A stretch of DNA of 60,379 nucleotides, the filler included, from Basidiobolus ranarum (taxonomy: Eukaryota), in NCBI GenBank assembly GCA_040143965.1. It is 6 parts of 6 records of this genome, joined end to end, with 100 filler letters (N's around TTAATTAATTAA, not from the genome) between each part and the next. Parts side by side here need not be neighbours in the genome. Positions count along the whole stretch, not along the records: positions 10,102 to 20,087 come from JASJQH010000756.1; positions 20,188 to 30,166 come from JASJQH010000757.1; 4 more parts are not named here. One strand, given 5' to 3'. Position numbers and translations under genes: made by a program. Positions 10,471 through 25,253 of this stretch are shown in pieces (position 1 is the first letter of the stretch; the number at the start of each line of letters is the position of its first letter). The notes beneath the pieces were generated by a model. That model did not search any database. It was not told where the DNA came from and saw nothing but the letters and a program-made list of their open reading frames with translations.

Positions 10471-12262
10471 CCCTCCCCAAAAAATCACCGTCAATCCTTT
10501 TTATCTTAAGTAGTGATAGGCATTGCTACGTTTTATAAATACCTACTCATTGTAACAAGAGAGTTACGCATTTATGTATCATATAGCAATGCTTGAATGT
10601 GACCCTTGAGAGCCTCTAACTCAGCATTCGCCTTAGCAACGAGTGTCATACATTAGGTTTTATGCGTAGAGGCAGCTTTCAATAGAACTACCTAATAAAT
10701 GAAACGGCTTGGTGCTACTCTTTTCGCTTATTTCGAAGCCCCACCTGTGAATCATAACTCCAAGATTCAAATCACTGCCAATTTCTAGATAAAGGATTTT
10801 GGCTGAATGTAGGAGAGGTTCATAGTTGGCTGAAGTATTTATGGCCATAGTTAAATTTGATTTGTATTATATGGATGCAAATATGGAATGTCACATCAGC
10901 CATAAAATTGTTTCAAACTGGATCTGGCCACTTTTGAAATGCGAGGTTTCGATCGAGATTTACAGATACTGGCCAACTGAATTGTATCAGGTAATCTCGG
11001 CTCAATTTCTCCAATCATCTTTCGTTGTTGAGACGTAGATCAAAGGGTTCGAAATCATTAACTCCCAACAAATATAGAGAGCCGATGAGTTATACACATG
11101 TCTCTTTAAGACATCCAACATAGCTTCTGCCACCCAAAAGATCTGTTGACTAATTTACCTTCAGTCGTGGCTAGCCACAAATCCAATTGTCCATACTTCA
11201 TTGTGCTGCGTCGGTAAACAACATCGACCTGTTAAACGATACACATGTGCATTAATACTGTCCTCTGAGCTCTTAATGTTGGATGCCTTTTCGAGGCCTG
11301 CAATTTATACGAAAGCCCAAGACAGCCGTTACAGCCTTGGCTTGGTGTTCCGTCTGTAGTGTTACACTTCTAGTCCCTTCGGTAGAAAGTAAACAAATAT
11401 GGTACTGATTCTCACAGTCCCTTCTAGAACTGATCGTTTCCTCTTGTCAAAATATACAAAATATCCGATGCGAACTCGATAAGTTGTTGACTTGTAGGAT
11501 CTTGTCAATCCAACAAAGAACAGTATGGCCTTCCAGATGGTGTCCAAATAAAGAAGCGTGAGAAAATGATTGGCAATTCACCTTCAGCCACATCCTTCCT
11601 ATTGGCGAGCCACCGTTTTGAAAAAGTCACAAAGAGTGTGGAGAAGAAACGAGAGTATGATGTCTCACATATGCTTTTCTCGATCTTGAAATAGACTAAT
11701 CATTACTAGTTTATCATTAGAATGAAACAACAAGTAACTCAGTAATATTCAAACGTTGCTCAAGTGGGGTAAACGGAATCTTAATTGAAGGCTTATACGC
11801 CTCTACCAGATCTCGGCTAACTTTGGCGCCTGATTGCGACTGTTCCCGTCCAAGCTGGTAACTGGCATCAAATCAATGCTAGAAGGGATCGTTGAGTGCT
11901 CCCTCTCTTTCACAACTTGATTTCGTTATAACTATCTGCTATAAGCTAGCGAGCCATATCAAGTGGACCGACTGATATAGCTCTATTGAAGATCGAATAT
12001 GCCGATTTAGAGTAGAGTCCAACGAGTATTCCTTCAAAGGAAATGACTCGAATCCCTTGTTTAAGCTAATTATTACCTTCCTTAGATTGGCAAACAATCA
12101 TTTGGTTAAATCACGGTGGTACGAATAATCGGCAGTTGTGCCTGGCTTAGTTTGTATTTAAAGATCAGTATTCACTAGATTGCGGCCTCCATGCCTGTAG
12201 TCCTGATAAGTTCATCCTTGTCAGCTTTAACCTTTCCCTTTCACATTACTCGCCTTAAATAA

Positions 12263-13642
12263 ATGATGAACCCATTAAATATCAAGGAGACGGAGAGAAA
12301 TCGATGTAATCCTGCTAGTCTTACAGCTTTACTGAACCCAGAATCTAATTACAATGATAATCATCGCGACGACGCAAAGAATGCGGACCTGCTCAAGCAA
12401 CGCCGTGGACTCGCTGAAAGCTTGCGTGTTCTCTTACCTGAGCCTAATGGAAATCATGGCAGACAGGACGGAGGCAGAGGGGAGCAGATCAGCCTGTATT
12501 GTTCGTCTGCTCAAGATGTAAGGGGTAATAAGGGTGAATTTGGCTCAACCCAAAGTGTTAACTCCAATGGATCAACTATATCCACTTTCACCACATTTCC
12601 ATTCACATCAGTGATTGTAAACCCACAACAACCCGGTCAATCACATGTCAAGCGAAAGAAGATCTCACCAGAGCAACTTGAGGATCTTTTGGAAATATTT
12701 GAAATAAGTAACACTCCTGATTTCGAAACTCGAGAAAAACTGGCCAAGAAACTCAATATGTCAAATAGAGAAATCCAGGTAAATACATATTCTACCGTCA
12801 ATAACGCAGCGATAACTAATAACTCTTGCTAGATATGGTTCCAAAACAGACGTGCTAAAGCTAACAGGGAAAAGGCAGAAATGGCCAACCGACAGAAAAA
12901 TCACGCGCGTTACAAACAACCAAAAAAAACCTCTTTTCTGAGCCATCGTACATTCCTGGCCAACAAAGATGCAATGGACGATATGTATATGTCTGTTCCC
13001 GCTCAGTCACCCCCCAAGCATCTTAACTTTCATAATCAAGCATCAGAGAATCAGCCCAACTACAAACAACGAATCCCACCACCCATTAAAATCCTTCCAC
13101 CGGTATCAAACATCCCACCTAGTCCCACATCTCCAACTAACCTGTCTCTGTCACCACTCTCACAATCACGATTCTCGATGCAGGCGTTGTTGTCTCCATT
13201 GAGATCCGCAACTAAACCAGCTTCAGAGCTGTTAAACTCACAATGGCACTCTCCCACCCGTAGTTCTTTCCACATGACACCTATAACAGAGAATGTTTGT
13301 TCTTCACCATCGACTGAAGCATTTGCCTTTACTCCTCAGCCTATTTCTGAGGTGTCTTCACACAAACGATCACTTACTCTTGGGCTTCAGGAAAACCCCG
13401 ATGATGCAAGCCCTTTTACAGCCCAATACTCGAACAAACGCTTTATGACTCCAAGTCGCTCATCAGATCTACTGGACCATTTACGGCTTCCAACCCTTCC
13501 GCCTTTTCGGAAACGAGCGTACTCCATGGGTCATATCGACACACATTCAATGGACGTTCTGGCATTAGTAGCAGAACGTGAATCCTCCGCAGTCGAATTT
13601 CAAGGCCGTAAGCGTTCCAATTCTACCACTTGGAACCGTTAA
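12263..13642 (+). CDS. Homeodomain transcription factor (2 exons; intron 12779-12832)
   Basis: KRKKISPEQLEDLLEIF...REKLAKKLNMSNREIQ|IWFQNRRAK after splicing; long Ser/Pro-rich tail. Confidence 0.93.
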
Positions 13643-16330
13643 ATAATTCATACTAACAGATGGTTCTCAGCAAACAATCATGTGTACAAATGTTCGAAAT
13701 TTACAAATATCAGCATATCAGCATGAACATTAACTTTCAGGTTGAAAGTGTATCCCCAATCATCTAGATGTTCTCCACGATGAACTTGACAGGCCCTCGC
13801 TTTTTAAACGTGTTATTTTATATAAGTATTACATAAAATTGTATCCTAAGATCCTTAGTAGTTGCTTCTACATACAACTGCATGCGTAGAGGATATACAA
13901 ATCCTCACCAGTGATCATCTCTGAATATTATCTCATTGTGCACTAGTTCTTAGCACTCTTCACGTACATACGTAACAAGCTCATCTTCGGAATGATGGTT
14001 TCTGTTACGGTCTGGCATACAACCGCATATACCACTCCAGTGGAATACGTTCTTTATGAATAGAAATACTACTCTCACCATTTATCTCTGGCACGAGTTT
14101 TTTGGAAGTTCAGTAACATAGAAGTTTATCTCAGTACAATACCACCACGGAGTTGGCCAAAACTCCGCAGAAGCATGCTGACCCCAGAAGCAATGCCTAC
14201 TATATAATATAATGCCGCTAAAGTGCAGACTTCTATTCAATCTTCAAAATATTCGGAGTGCTTCAATTTTTACAACCATTTATATATAATGAGCTCCTTG
14301 GAACGATATCATAATAGTCAAGTGAATATGAGTTGGATTAGTGAGTATATATATGCTTATCGAGCAGGGATCAATACTGGCATAAAAGTTTGAAGCTATT
14401 CCCAAAATGCTTCGTGAGGACTCTACAAGAAGTATTGTATTTATCAAGATCAACCTCAAATCCGTAGGCGTATAAAATATCAATGTGATCTGTTAAGGGT
14501 TTTGAGAAATATTGAGGATTCATTCAAGTCATTGTAACATGTGCAGTGAAGCATCTAATACTTTAGAATGAATGGTACGTTTGTATAGTTATTTTCTTGA
14601 AATATTATGAATATGTCAGACTTACATACTGTTGCTCGTCAAATTACTAATTTGAACTCCTACCAAATGGAAAATACATATTCTACTTTGATGAATACAA
14701 GCTATGTATGTAGCTTAACCAGGGTCAATTTTGTGTCTAGAAAGATAATGAAGATTATATTTTGCATATTTGGGTTTTGTCAATCCCGATTTGGGCATTT
14801 ATATTTAAGCAAGACAAGTTAAATAGCCCCTGACTGTAGACAACATTGAAGTAAACACACACCAATATTGATATGAAATCTTGTGAAAGTGAAAGCAGTG
14901 CTCGATATTCGCAGACGACATATTTTTACCGACCCAACGGATATCTTACAAATGAACTGCTAATCACTTCTTTAGCTAAGCAATGCCAGGATTTGATTGT
15001 AACTTATTCGGAGATATTTACTTCTTTTTTCTGTTATTCAATATTAGAATATACTGCAAATGTGGAAGATTACACAAAATATTAACAGAATGAACTTTGC
15101 ATCGCCTTGTTCCATCCATTGCGGGTTGAGGTCCAAATCCCAGATCTATTAGACAAATTATGCTATATATAATTAGAAATAAGTCCAAGATCTACAATGT
15201 ATAAGTAATCTATTACCCTTGAAACTTTCCTATTGCAAACTGCTAATGGGCAATAGGCTCACTATTGCGAGGAAGAGTTTCTTGAAGAACAGGCCCCTTC
15301 CAACACGTAAAAATAACTACTAGATCCTTCACCATACCAACAATATGCTAGAACATCAATTTCAACATATTATTGGGCGTTTCTCAAGGATATTGTGACA
15401 GTCGATTAAACTTAGAACGCGGATTCGTGTTTGAATCTACATTACATATGGTACAAGTAGATGTATCTTATGATAGCGCAATCCCATCTATGTGGCTAGT
15501 GCTTTTAATATCAGAATCTACTGTATCCTAACATAACTCATGAACTGATAACGATGTTTTCGATATTACAGGGTTAATAAAGCCTTACTCATATGGACAA
15601 TCCTAGTGTTGGAGTAGATTTGGGGAGTCTCGGGTGCCATAGACATGTTAGTGTGTAAGTGTCTAACTATACGCCATACTTGTAAAAGCAACTAAAGCTC
15701 ATACCATCAACTGGGTAGGCTAACCATTGAGGATCGCAGACGAACTGTGGCTTCTGACCATTGGTTAAAAATGGCGGATTCTATATGAAATTAAGAAGGC
15801 TCCATCCTATCATGTATTGGAAAGTGGATTTACAAAGGCGGAAAATCGATAGAATTAATTATGATCTTTGAGATATCACTGGAAGATGTTCATTTGAAGC
15901 CTTGGCATTACTGAAATGCCTATATTATTTATGACCAAGGGGAACAGAAGGAGGGGCTAGAACTGGATGGGATGTAATTGACTTCTATGAATGTAGCATA
16001 ATAAGCCAAATGGAAGGCGTACAAAATATTCGGAAATATGCTAGATTGTTACAAAAGCTGAATGATAGAAGTACAACGAATGTATAGTGATGATGCACAC
16101 AAATGTTGGCTGCTGTAGTTGTTGAAATGAAGTCCATAGATTAGGTTACACGAATAAGCGTTGTTCTGCCTATCTCCCATTTCCTATTAATTTACATCAG
16201 TATATGTCTAAATATACTCTCGGTCCGATCTTTTCATAATAATAGGGAAATCTCAAGCTTTGTATGGGTCGCTGCTACCCTGATACTAAATCAACCCATG
16301 ACAAATAGCGTCATCTAGCAACCGTACTAA

Positions 16331-17090
<760 letters not shown>

Positions 17091-17911
17091 ACAGCTCACG
17101 GTATAAGAGCAAGTCTATTATCTTTTTGAATAGTTGCATTCACCAGCTATTCATTATCCATATTTGATGTACATCATATGAATTCCCTCTCGCCCTTTTA
17201 CATGTACTCCTCTCTTTTTTTATGTTTAGAATTCGTTGTGGAGAAGAAAGTATATTCGATTCCTTTCTCTTTCAAAGCAACTAATGATTGATAACGTATT
17301 CTGTGAACGTGATTTCTTTCTTATTATCTAAAGAAGCCAATAATAAATCTTTTTTTCTACGTCTACACTTTGATCGTACGTAATTTGACGGATAGCCCGC
17401 ACGCCTTTGCTCTAGAAGTGTAGGTTGAATATCGACGGAGTGTAGCATAGAATACGAGAGCATCTTTTAAAGCACTGGGTTTGTACACCGTCATATCATC
17501 GAATTCCAAAAAAATTGACATGAACCCTGCATAGTGACCTCTGCTTTCCAACTCATTATTATTACTGGTATGCATTTATTTATGTAGGTGATCACGATGT
17601 GCTACTTGACAGTCAGTCAGGACTGCTCGGCTTGGCCATTGGAAGTCCACTTTTGTGAGTAATTATTCCTACAAAAGCAATTTCACTGTTTTGGAATCAG
17701 TCTTGAAATCTCAGCTCTCTACTGATGTCGATAAATGCATGCATATACTCAACACTATACATATATACTAGATGCACGTACAAAGTAAAGATAAAAGTTC
17801 AAATATGAATTATTTTTCACTACCGTCAGAATTTATTACTGCTTACGACTGACTATGACAAGGTAAACTTCAGTATGCCAACATGTTGAGTTTATCAGAG
17901 GGGTATCAAGG

Positions 17912-19436
17912 CTATTTTGGGATAAGGGGGTTCTTGTCAACGTACTGAGCGAAGTATTTCACCATAGCAACTACATCTTTACCAACAGGAATGATCTTTG
18001 CGGGAGGTAGAACAAAGCCAGGCGAACTACTAGTGGGTGACAATTCAACTGTCAAACCAGTAGTGATGAACCCTTGCTTTTTGCTAACTTGATCACCGAA
18101 AAACCAGTCATCTGCACCACCTGAAGCAATATATAGAGCAGCGTCCATTTGGGGCACATAGCGATTATTGGGATTCACTTGATCAACTGCTGATTTCATT
18201 CCTTTTCCTAGACTGGTAAATTCGGCATTCCATGGGCTTTGTTTTTGCGTCCATCCATAGGGCCACATGATCAATTCACCATAGGAATGGAAGTCGATGG
18301 CACCAGCGATACGCGTTTGTTGAAGATAATATTTCATTAGATTTGCAACTTCTGGCTCACTACCAGGGCTGGTTCCCAGGTAAGTTTCATCTCGTGGATT
18401 ACTAGATGCACCACCTTGATTCCAATGATCAGGCCAATTACGATTCTGTACAGAAATGAACAGGTGAGCAAATCAACAATCACTATTTTGCTTTGTTTAT
18501 TACTCACCAAATCTACACCATACACATTTGAGTTTACTAAACGCCGATTCTTACGCCATAAACGGTCTTTGGTCCAAGAGTAGTTATAGCCTAAAATGAT
18601 GAAGGTTTGAATGGATGAAGCACAAGTATTCTGCATTCAAGATGCACATACCATCTGGATTACTGACTGGTATGATGATGAATTCGTAAGTATCGAGTAG
18701 GGATTTAATAGAAGAGTCACTGGCATATCCTGTAACCAAGGTATCAGCAAGATACTGCATGCTTGCACCAGAAATCCATTCTCTCGCATGCTGCAGTCTA
18801 TACGGCGCTTTTCGTTAGTATCGGGAACAAGGTAAAGCAAAGAAGTAGCAAAAATTACCCTTGGAACCAGAATTGCTTTTTCTGACCACCGGTGTTACTG
18901 GTGATACGTATAGCTGGAATATCTCGACCTTCAATCGATTTTCCAATGGAGGGAACTAGATTGACTAAACTTGGGTTAGAGCTAGCTAGGGTTTTCAACC
19001 ATTCCACGATTTCAGCGTAAGTATGATAACTAGCATGCCAGTCAGCCTGGTAACGAAGGGAAGTGGTTAGATTTCAATCAATCCAACTGCGAAACGTTAA
19101 ATCTCTGTCACTTACTGCTCTCTTAGATAATTGAACTCTTCTCTGTTCAGATGCTTCATGATCAATTTCACTCTGGACATCCTCAATTAACACCTCATAA
19201 TTGAAGCGCTTAAGTAGCTCCAATTCTTCAGGTGCTACTCGTACATGAAGTCCTTCTTGTGAGTTTTTCCATACATCGTAACCGCGCTCCTCAACAAACT
19301 TGAGAATCTCAGGGGATCTCTTGAAGTTAACCAACTTGTGATTATCATAGCGAATGGCCATTGGACTGGCATCAAGAGGGACACCAAGAACCACAGTTGG
19401 AAGCAGAAATATCGAAATCAAAGGAATGTAACGCAT
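17912..19436 (-). CDS. Secreted zinc carboxypeptidase (M14A) with propeptide, multi-exon
   Basis: Signal peptide and pro-domain ending near KR. Motifs HAREW, WRKNR, GVDL|NRNW, DFHSYG, YIASGGADDW and TVEL. Confidence 0.93.
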
Positions 19437-20087
19437 AGCTGTTAAGAATGAAGGGGATTGTGTGAGTGGTTATTTGGATATCTGAGTTATTTATAAGAAC
19501 CATCAGCCCGTCACAAACATAATAGATATACATCCTGATTTGAAAATAGAAAAGATTCAAATTAACATTAAGATTTACATATTCTCAGAATTCAATTAGA
19601 AAATAGTCAAGATCTACCATCAAATGAGTTTGAATCAAGAATTCTAGCTTCACTACGAGGCCTTGACTAAAAAGAAACAAAATAAGTATCGTGAGATTTT
19701 ATCGATGGTAGTGGAATGAGAATCGTGACGGCGAACAGTAGCGTCAGCTTCAACGAGTAATTTCTAGGTTTCTCCAGCAAATAGCATGCTTTTCACCGAG
19801 AATAGTACATCATCCACACGTTTAGGGAGACATTTGGTATCATAGAATGTACTTTTTAAGGCCTGCACCAGTATCCATTTGGTATCCACTTTTTTCGTGA
19901 TCGTGTGATATAATATGAGGATAGATTAGTTTATTTATCATTTGAACGAGCAACCCGACCATCCAAAAGATTCGCATGGTACAGCTATTCCCTAAAGCTC
20001 GCATACCAAGCCAGTTTAGGATCTGTTCGAGGCTAGCGATGAGAAAAGGGGTGGCGATATACTACTTTTAAGTCAACGATTTTCAAT

Positions 20088-20187
20088 NNNNNNNNNNNNN
20101 NNNNNNNNNNNNNNNNNNNNNNNNNNNNNNNTTAATTAATTAANNNNNNNNNNNNNNNNNNNNNNNNNNNNNNNNNNNNNNNNNNNN
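20088..20187. other. Artificial contig-joining spacer
   Basis: N44-TTAATTAATTAA-N44. Confidence 0.98.
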
Positions 20188-21332
20188 TCATATTCACCCT
20201 ACTGTACATTTCGTACTCTTACCTTGTCGGATATTGAAACCCTTGTACGGCTAATTTCGAGTAGCGGGACATGACAATTTTAGGCTTCTTTCCTTTGTAT
20301 GAATTACGCCTAATCTCGTCATGAGGCTCGAATGAAGTATTGTTATTCGTGTTCGGGAAGTTTTGAATATCATTGAACTAAGGATTAGCCGCGTTAGCAA
20401 CTTGCATGAAGCTCATATCAATCATGAATACTTACCAATTTCCGGACGTTTTTGACTCTAGCTGCCATCGGGGTAAGACTGACCATATGATGGGGAATTC
20501 TAACATTGTTTTCAATATTATACCCCCAATTACCAGCCTTGGTCCATTGACCCTGAAGTAAAGGCCATCTATCCGCAGATATGCACCAGCCGCGAGGTTT
20601 GAAGCGGTCTGGGGTTAAGTTATAGACGTCTTCCGACACGTGGGGGTCTTTGTTGAAGCCATTGATGTTTAAAACATTGGAGAAATTTGGATTTTTAAGA
20701 ATCGTTCGAAACGACCACTCAAAGAAGTTGTACATATCAGACGATGGCAACAGGTCACTTTGTAATACAATGGCTCCGGGTGCCTTCATCGAGTCGAAAG
20801 CAAATGAAAGTAAAAATTCCACATTGCCAGCAGACGGGAACCATTTGGTTTCAAATAAGGAGGAGATGGAAAAAAAGGGGCGTACGTGGCGAAGATAAAG
20901 GACTCTCATTTTATCTGGAATCTCTTGGATAATATTTTCCACATCTTTGTTATTCCCTTCCTGCGAGAATATCACCACTGTCTAAAATAGAATAAAGTTA
21001 GTCATAGTGAAGAATTATCAAGTACAGTATGAGTTTACCTTATTTAAATTTTCCATTTCCAGCAGACCGTCAATTAGTTGTTTAAGATACTCCGGGTTGT
21101 CAGATACAGGGACTAGTATAGGGAGAAATTGAATCTTTCCCCTTGGCCAGTGTTTCATTTCTGAAGCAAGCAACAAATCGTTGGTTGCTTCAGTACTTAC
21201 ACGATGTGAATAATTTGCGTACGTGATTACAGATATCACAAAGGCAAACCAAAAACAGAAGAATATCATGGCCAATATCCGCAATAAATAGCCAGTTCGA
21301 AAACGGCGGCGAAGTTGTAACTGGTGTGGCAT
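20188..21332 (-). CDS. Type II membrane GT-A glycosyltransferase-like protein (GT13/GnT-I-like), multi-exon, 3' truncated
   Basis: Basic N-tail plus TM helix, then LPILVPVSDNPEYLKQLI, VIFSQEG, IVLQSDL..SSDMYNFF, INGFN and RFKPRGW in GT13 order. A further exon at ~20223-20344 ends in a GT donor. Confidence 0.65.
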
Positions 21333-22328
21333 TATCACACTCGTACGTAGAATAGGGGCAAGGGGTGGAAGTAGCAAGGTGGAGTAAGGTCTAATATATT
21401 AAGGGAAATCTTATAAACGAGGCAGAATTCTCAACGGTTGTACTGTTGTTGGGTGATGGGGCTATTGAGATATATTTCCTGGAATGCGGAACTTTTGGGC
21501 AATAAGGCCAGACTCTGGACGCTCAAGTAAAGAGAAGGTAAGAAGGGTAGTGTGGAATACTATCTTACAATAGTCATATAATACGCAGCAAAGAACGAGA
21601 AGAACAAGAAGACCAGGGTCAAAAAAGGAATCTATAGAATACAATCATTGAAATTAGGGGAATGGGAAATAGGGTTCAAATACAATCAGAGTGTGAATAC
21701 ATCGATTTCTATTAATAAGTTGACTATTCTGGATGCAGATGTAGATAATTTACGCTGGGCCTATCAGCTTGATTGATTCTTTTCACTAAGCATCTTATTG
21801 AAGCACCTATATCATGAGGCTCACTCTGAATACCCAAATATGGAAGAGCGTTTTAGTTTCATATCAAACAACAGTCCATGTACTGTCTAGAATTCGTTTC
21901 CAGCTGCGCATTAGATTCCTTTTGTGCGTCAAAGTACTTAGGATTACCAGGGATTGATCCTCTCAGCTTTGGCTAATTCCTCATCAGATAGCCAAGTTAG
22001 ACAGTGTTTACTGCAAAGTATTAGTATTTCAAACTGTGTGTCTACCAGAATAGCCGAGTCCGACAGTGCACTCATTATATTCAGCTATGCTTAGGGTTTG
22101 GAGCAGCCTATGCATGTAAGATAGAGTTTCTCATGGACAGCAATTACAGGCCATATAGATATATTTGCAAGGGCAATACCATGAATGTCCATTAACTAAC
22201 GTTTTCAAGGGAATATGATGGATGGAGCGCTAACTCTCTAAATTGGCTGAAGAACTTCTCTCCACATTGCTGCAGATTCATCAATGTGTAAAAATAATGG
22301 TCAACTTGGAATTTGCTTTCTGTGAATC

Positions 22329-22678
22329 TGTTGAAATAAGCATAGTCTAAACTGTTGAAATTAGCATTGCCTAAACACCTATATAGTCATATATAGCTTA
22401 GTATTTAATTACTCCATATTGAGCCAAGATAGCACCCACTACTCTGAGGCATTTACTTAGAAATTTGAAGATATATAGATTTTGATAATTTGTACTAGAA
22501 GTCCCAAATTTGCCCACATATTCCTGGGACCTTCCTCAACATATTCTACATGTTTGTTTGTTCATATCTTGACAAAACTATAAATATCAACTTTCAACTC
22601 AATAAATTAATAAGTGAAGACCCCCAATTTCTCTAGTTCTCCAAACCACTTCCAACAGGCTCCCAAAATACTTTAATA
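22329..22678. mobile_element. Solo LTR (350 bp) with 5-bp target-site duplication
   Basis: Starts TGTTGAAAT and ends ACTTTAATA (the 29719 copy shows ACTTTAACA). GAATC flanks both sides (22324-22328, 22679-22683). Related copies at 29505-30166. Confidence 0.85.
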
Positions 22679-24093
22679 GAATCTATATTTGTAATATTCA
22701 GAAAAACTCTAAGCCTGAATCATCAATAGTGTCCATCATTATTTGCATGCCTTAAGGCTGCTGGAGCCAGTGATAATATTGTAGTTATTAGTACTAAACT
22801 CGACATCTATAAAAACTTCTCCATACAGGAGCTGGCCTCAATCGATGAATGCATTTTGACTGCTGCCAGAAACATCTAAACAGCATTGATTAGTCCAAGA
22901 CCTCCAATCTCCTTAAGCTTTGTCAGAATTAGTATTGACACTGCAAAACTAAGTCTTGGAAGTGGGTTTCTACTATCTCGTACTTGCTATGAGCTAGTGT
23001 AGTGAGTTTGGTAGTGCTCTCTATATCAGCTATACACTCTATTAGGCAGTGCTACCTGGTGATTCTGACTTGAGCTCCTGGTATGGAAGTCTCTGGATCA
23101 ACGAAGGTATGTGGGAATGTTCTGAATAATGAATTCACATGTTCCATCAAATAGAACCACACCACCATTGCACGTGGGCATTGAATGAGTCTCTGCACAA
23201 GAAAAGCTCAAATCTTGACTAAGTGTTGCTCACTCACTCATCCATGATTAGAAATGGTGCGATGCGGTACGTCAAGTCATGAAAGCTGACTCACTGGCTC
23301 TCAGCTATACATACTGATTAGATCTGATTAAATCAAATGTGTTGGTAATAGAACATGCATGGATTTGACATGGATCCCACTGTATGACCAGTGGAATTCG
23401 GATGGTAACATTCACTCAGTAATCCACCTTCATTCATGTGATAATTTAGATTCGTCGGAATTGCGACTCGTGGTAGCCATCGAGCAGTTAACATGCGGGC
23501 TGGGCCTTTTGGCCAAGCTATCCACCCTATTTCTCAGTGTACTGCAGTATGGTTGAACAACGCCGGGTCTAGGGATTGGGATACAACAGCGCTTGTGCTA
23601 CTATTACACGGCTCTTGCCGCTAAATTGGAAGGTCGGTGTACTCATTGGAAGCATCTTTTCTATCAACCGCGTGTGGGAAGTCCAATCTCGCCGTGAGAT
23701 AACTAACTTTCTGTTCTTCATATCTCGCTTCCTTGAACACAATCACAAAGTAGGTAACGATACAAACCACTACAAAAAAGGGGGCATATTATTATCAATC
23801 GTCCTTCTGGCAATAAAAATATCCCACAGTCGTTGTGAAGGAGCGAAATCCAGAAAATCAGCTCTTGTGATCAAATGATCATTATCATATTGAGTCTAAG
23901 TGATTTATTGACAATCCTGGCAATGAGGAATTTCCAATCAAAAGCGCATATATCTGTGCAGAGTATTGTAGTAACCAATGGGATTGCGACCGAATTAATC
24001 CGATATTGGATATATAGTCCTGGTTGAAAATGAGGTAAAGATTTCAACGTTTCTTTGAATATTACTCATTATTTTTGATATCGTCTTGTCAAT

Positions 24094-25253
24094 ATGTCTT
24101 CTGTTGCTTTTGTCAATAATTTTACTTTTAATTTTAATAATTCCTGCACCTCATCTGTTCGCGCTTTAGACGCACTTACTACACCCAACAACTCAGTCGC
24201 ACCTGTTGTTGAATCCTCTTCCCCTGCTGATATTTCTATGAATGCTTCATCCTCTGTCCACACCAATTTGCATTCATCCCATTCATGGCCCTCGTGGCCA
24301 CCTACAATCACCACCAATACTCTTGATACTGAAAAGATTGACGATAGTTTTGATGTCCTCAATTATGCATCAATGAGCACCCCGAAGAAGGTAGAACTTG
24401 TTCGTGACCTCATTGGTGAGTATTTGTATAAATATATTCTTGACAATCTCCAGTCATTATAAGTACTTGTTACTAATCTTACTCATTTTGAATAGATGTC
24501 ACCGCCGACATTCTTGGTAATATTTGGGGAAAACCTGACACTGGAAGCAAGGTTTTACCTTTAAACATATTTGTTCAAGAAACTATCAAGCGTAGTCAAT
24601 CGAGTTACTGCACATTATTGACCGCATTACTCTATATATTTCGAATTAAGGACCAAATTTTAACAATTCGAAAATCATCTGCTTCGAAAGATGGCTCTAT
24701 CAATCGAAAACCAAAAGTTGGCGGCGAGCAAGTTAGCGAACCGTTTATTGATCGAATTCTGTGTGCTAGGAGGATGTTTCTTGCTGCTTTAATTTTAGCC
24801 TCCAAATTCCTTCAAGATAGGAACTATACCAACGGAGCTTGGGCCAAAACACTTGGATCAAATGTTCTCGACATTAACATCAACGAAAACGCATTCCTTC
24901 GTTTGATCGATTATCGTCTTTTTGTATCTCTCCCTATGTTTGCCAGCTGGTCAAATATGTGTATGAAATTTATACAATCCTCCAAAGAGAAGCGCTGCGG
25001 CCCAGTCAAACAAGTTGGCGAGTCTTTACATCCCCACAAGACCAAAACTCATACTCGGTCAGGCCCCTACCCCATCAGTAATGCCACTAATGACCCCTCA
25101 TCCAAATCCCAACAGTTCGTTGCTTTGCTACGGTTTAAAGCACAAAAGCATCGCGAGATGTTGCAATCCCTCCAGAGCACCACCCCATCACTGTTAAAAC
25201 AGCAGCCTAATAAGCACATACGTCAACTACCCTCTCCCTCTGCCTCCCCTTAA
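24094..25253 (+). CDS. PHO80/Pcl-family cyclin (Clg1/Pas1-like); intron 24416-24495
   Basis: FVQETIKRSQSSYCTLLTALLY and CARRMFLAALILASKFLQDRNYTNGAWAK cyclin box. Confidence 0.9.

Noticed and set aside
17281-17575. Short minus-strand ORFs between ARF1 and the carboxypeptidase
   Set aside because: No domain or splice support; probably 3' UTR or intergenic.
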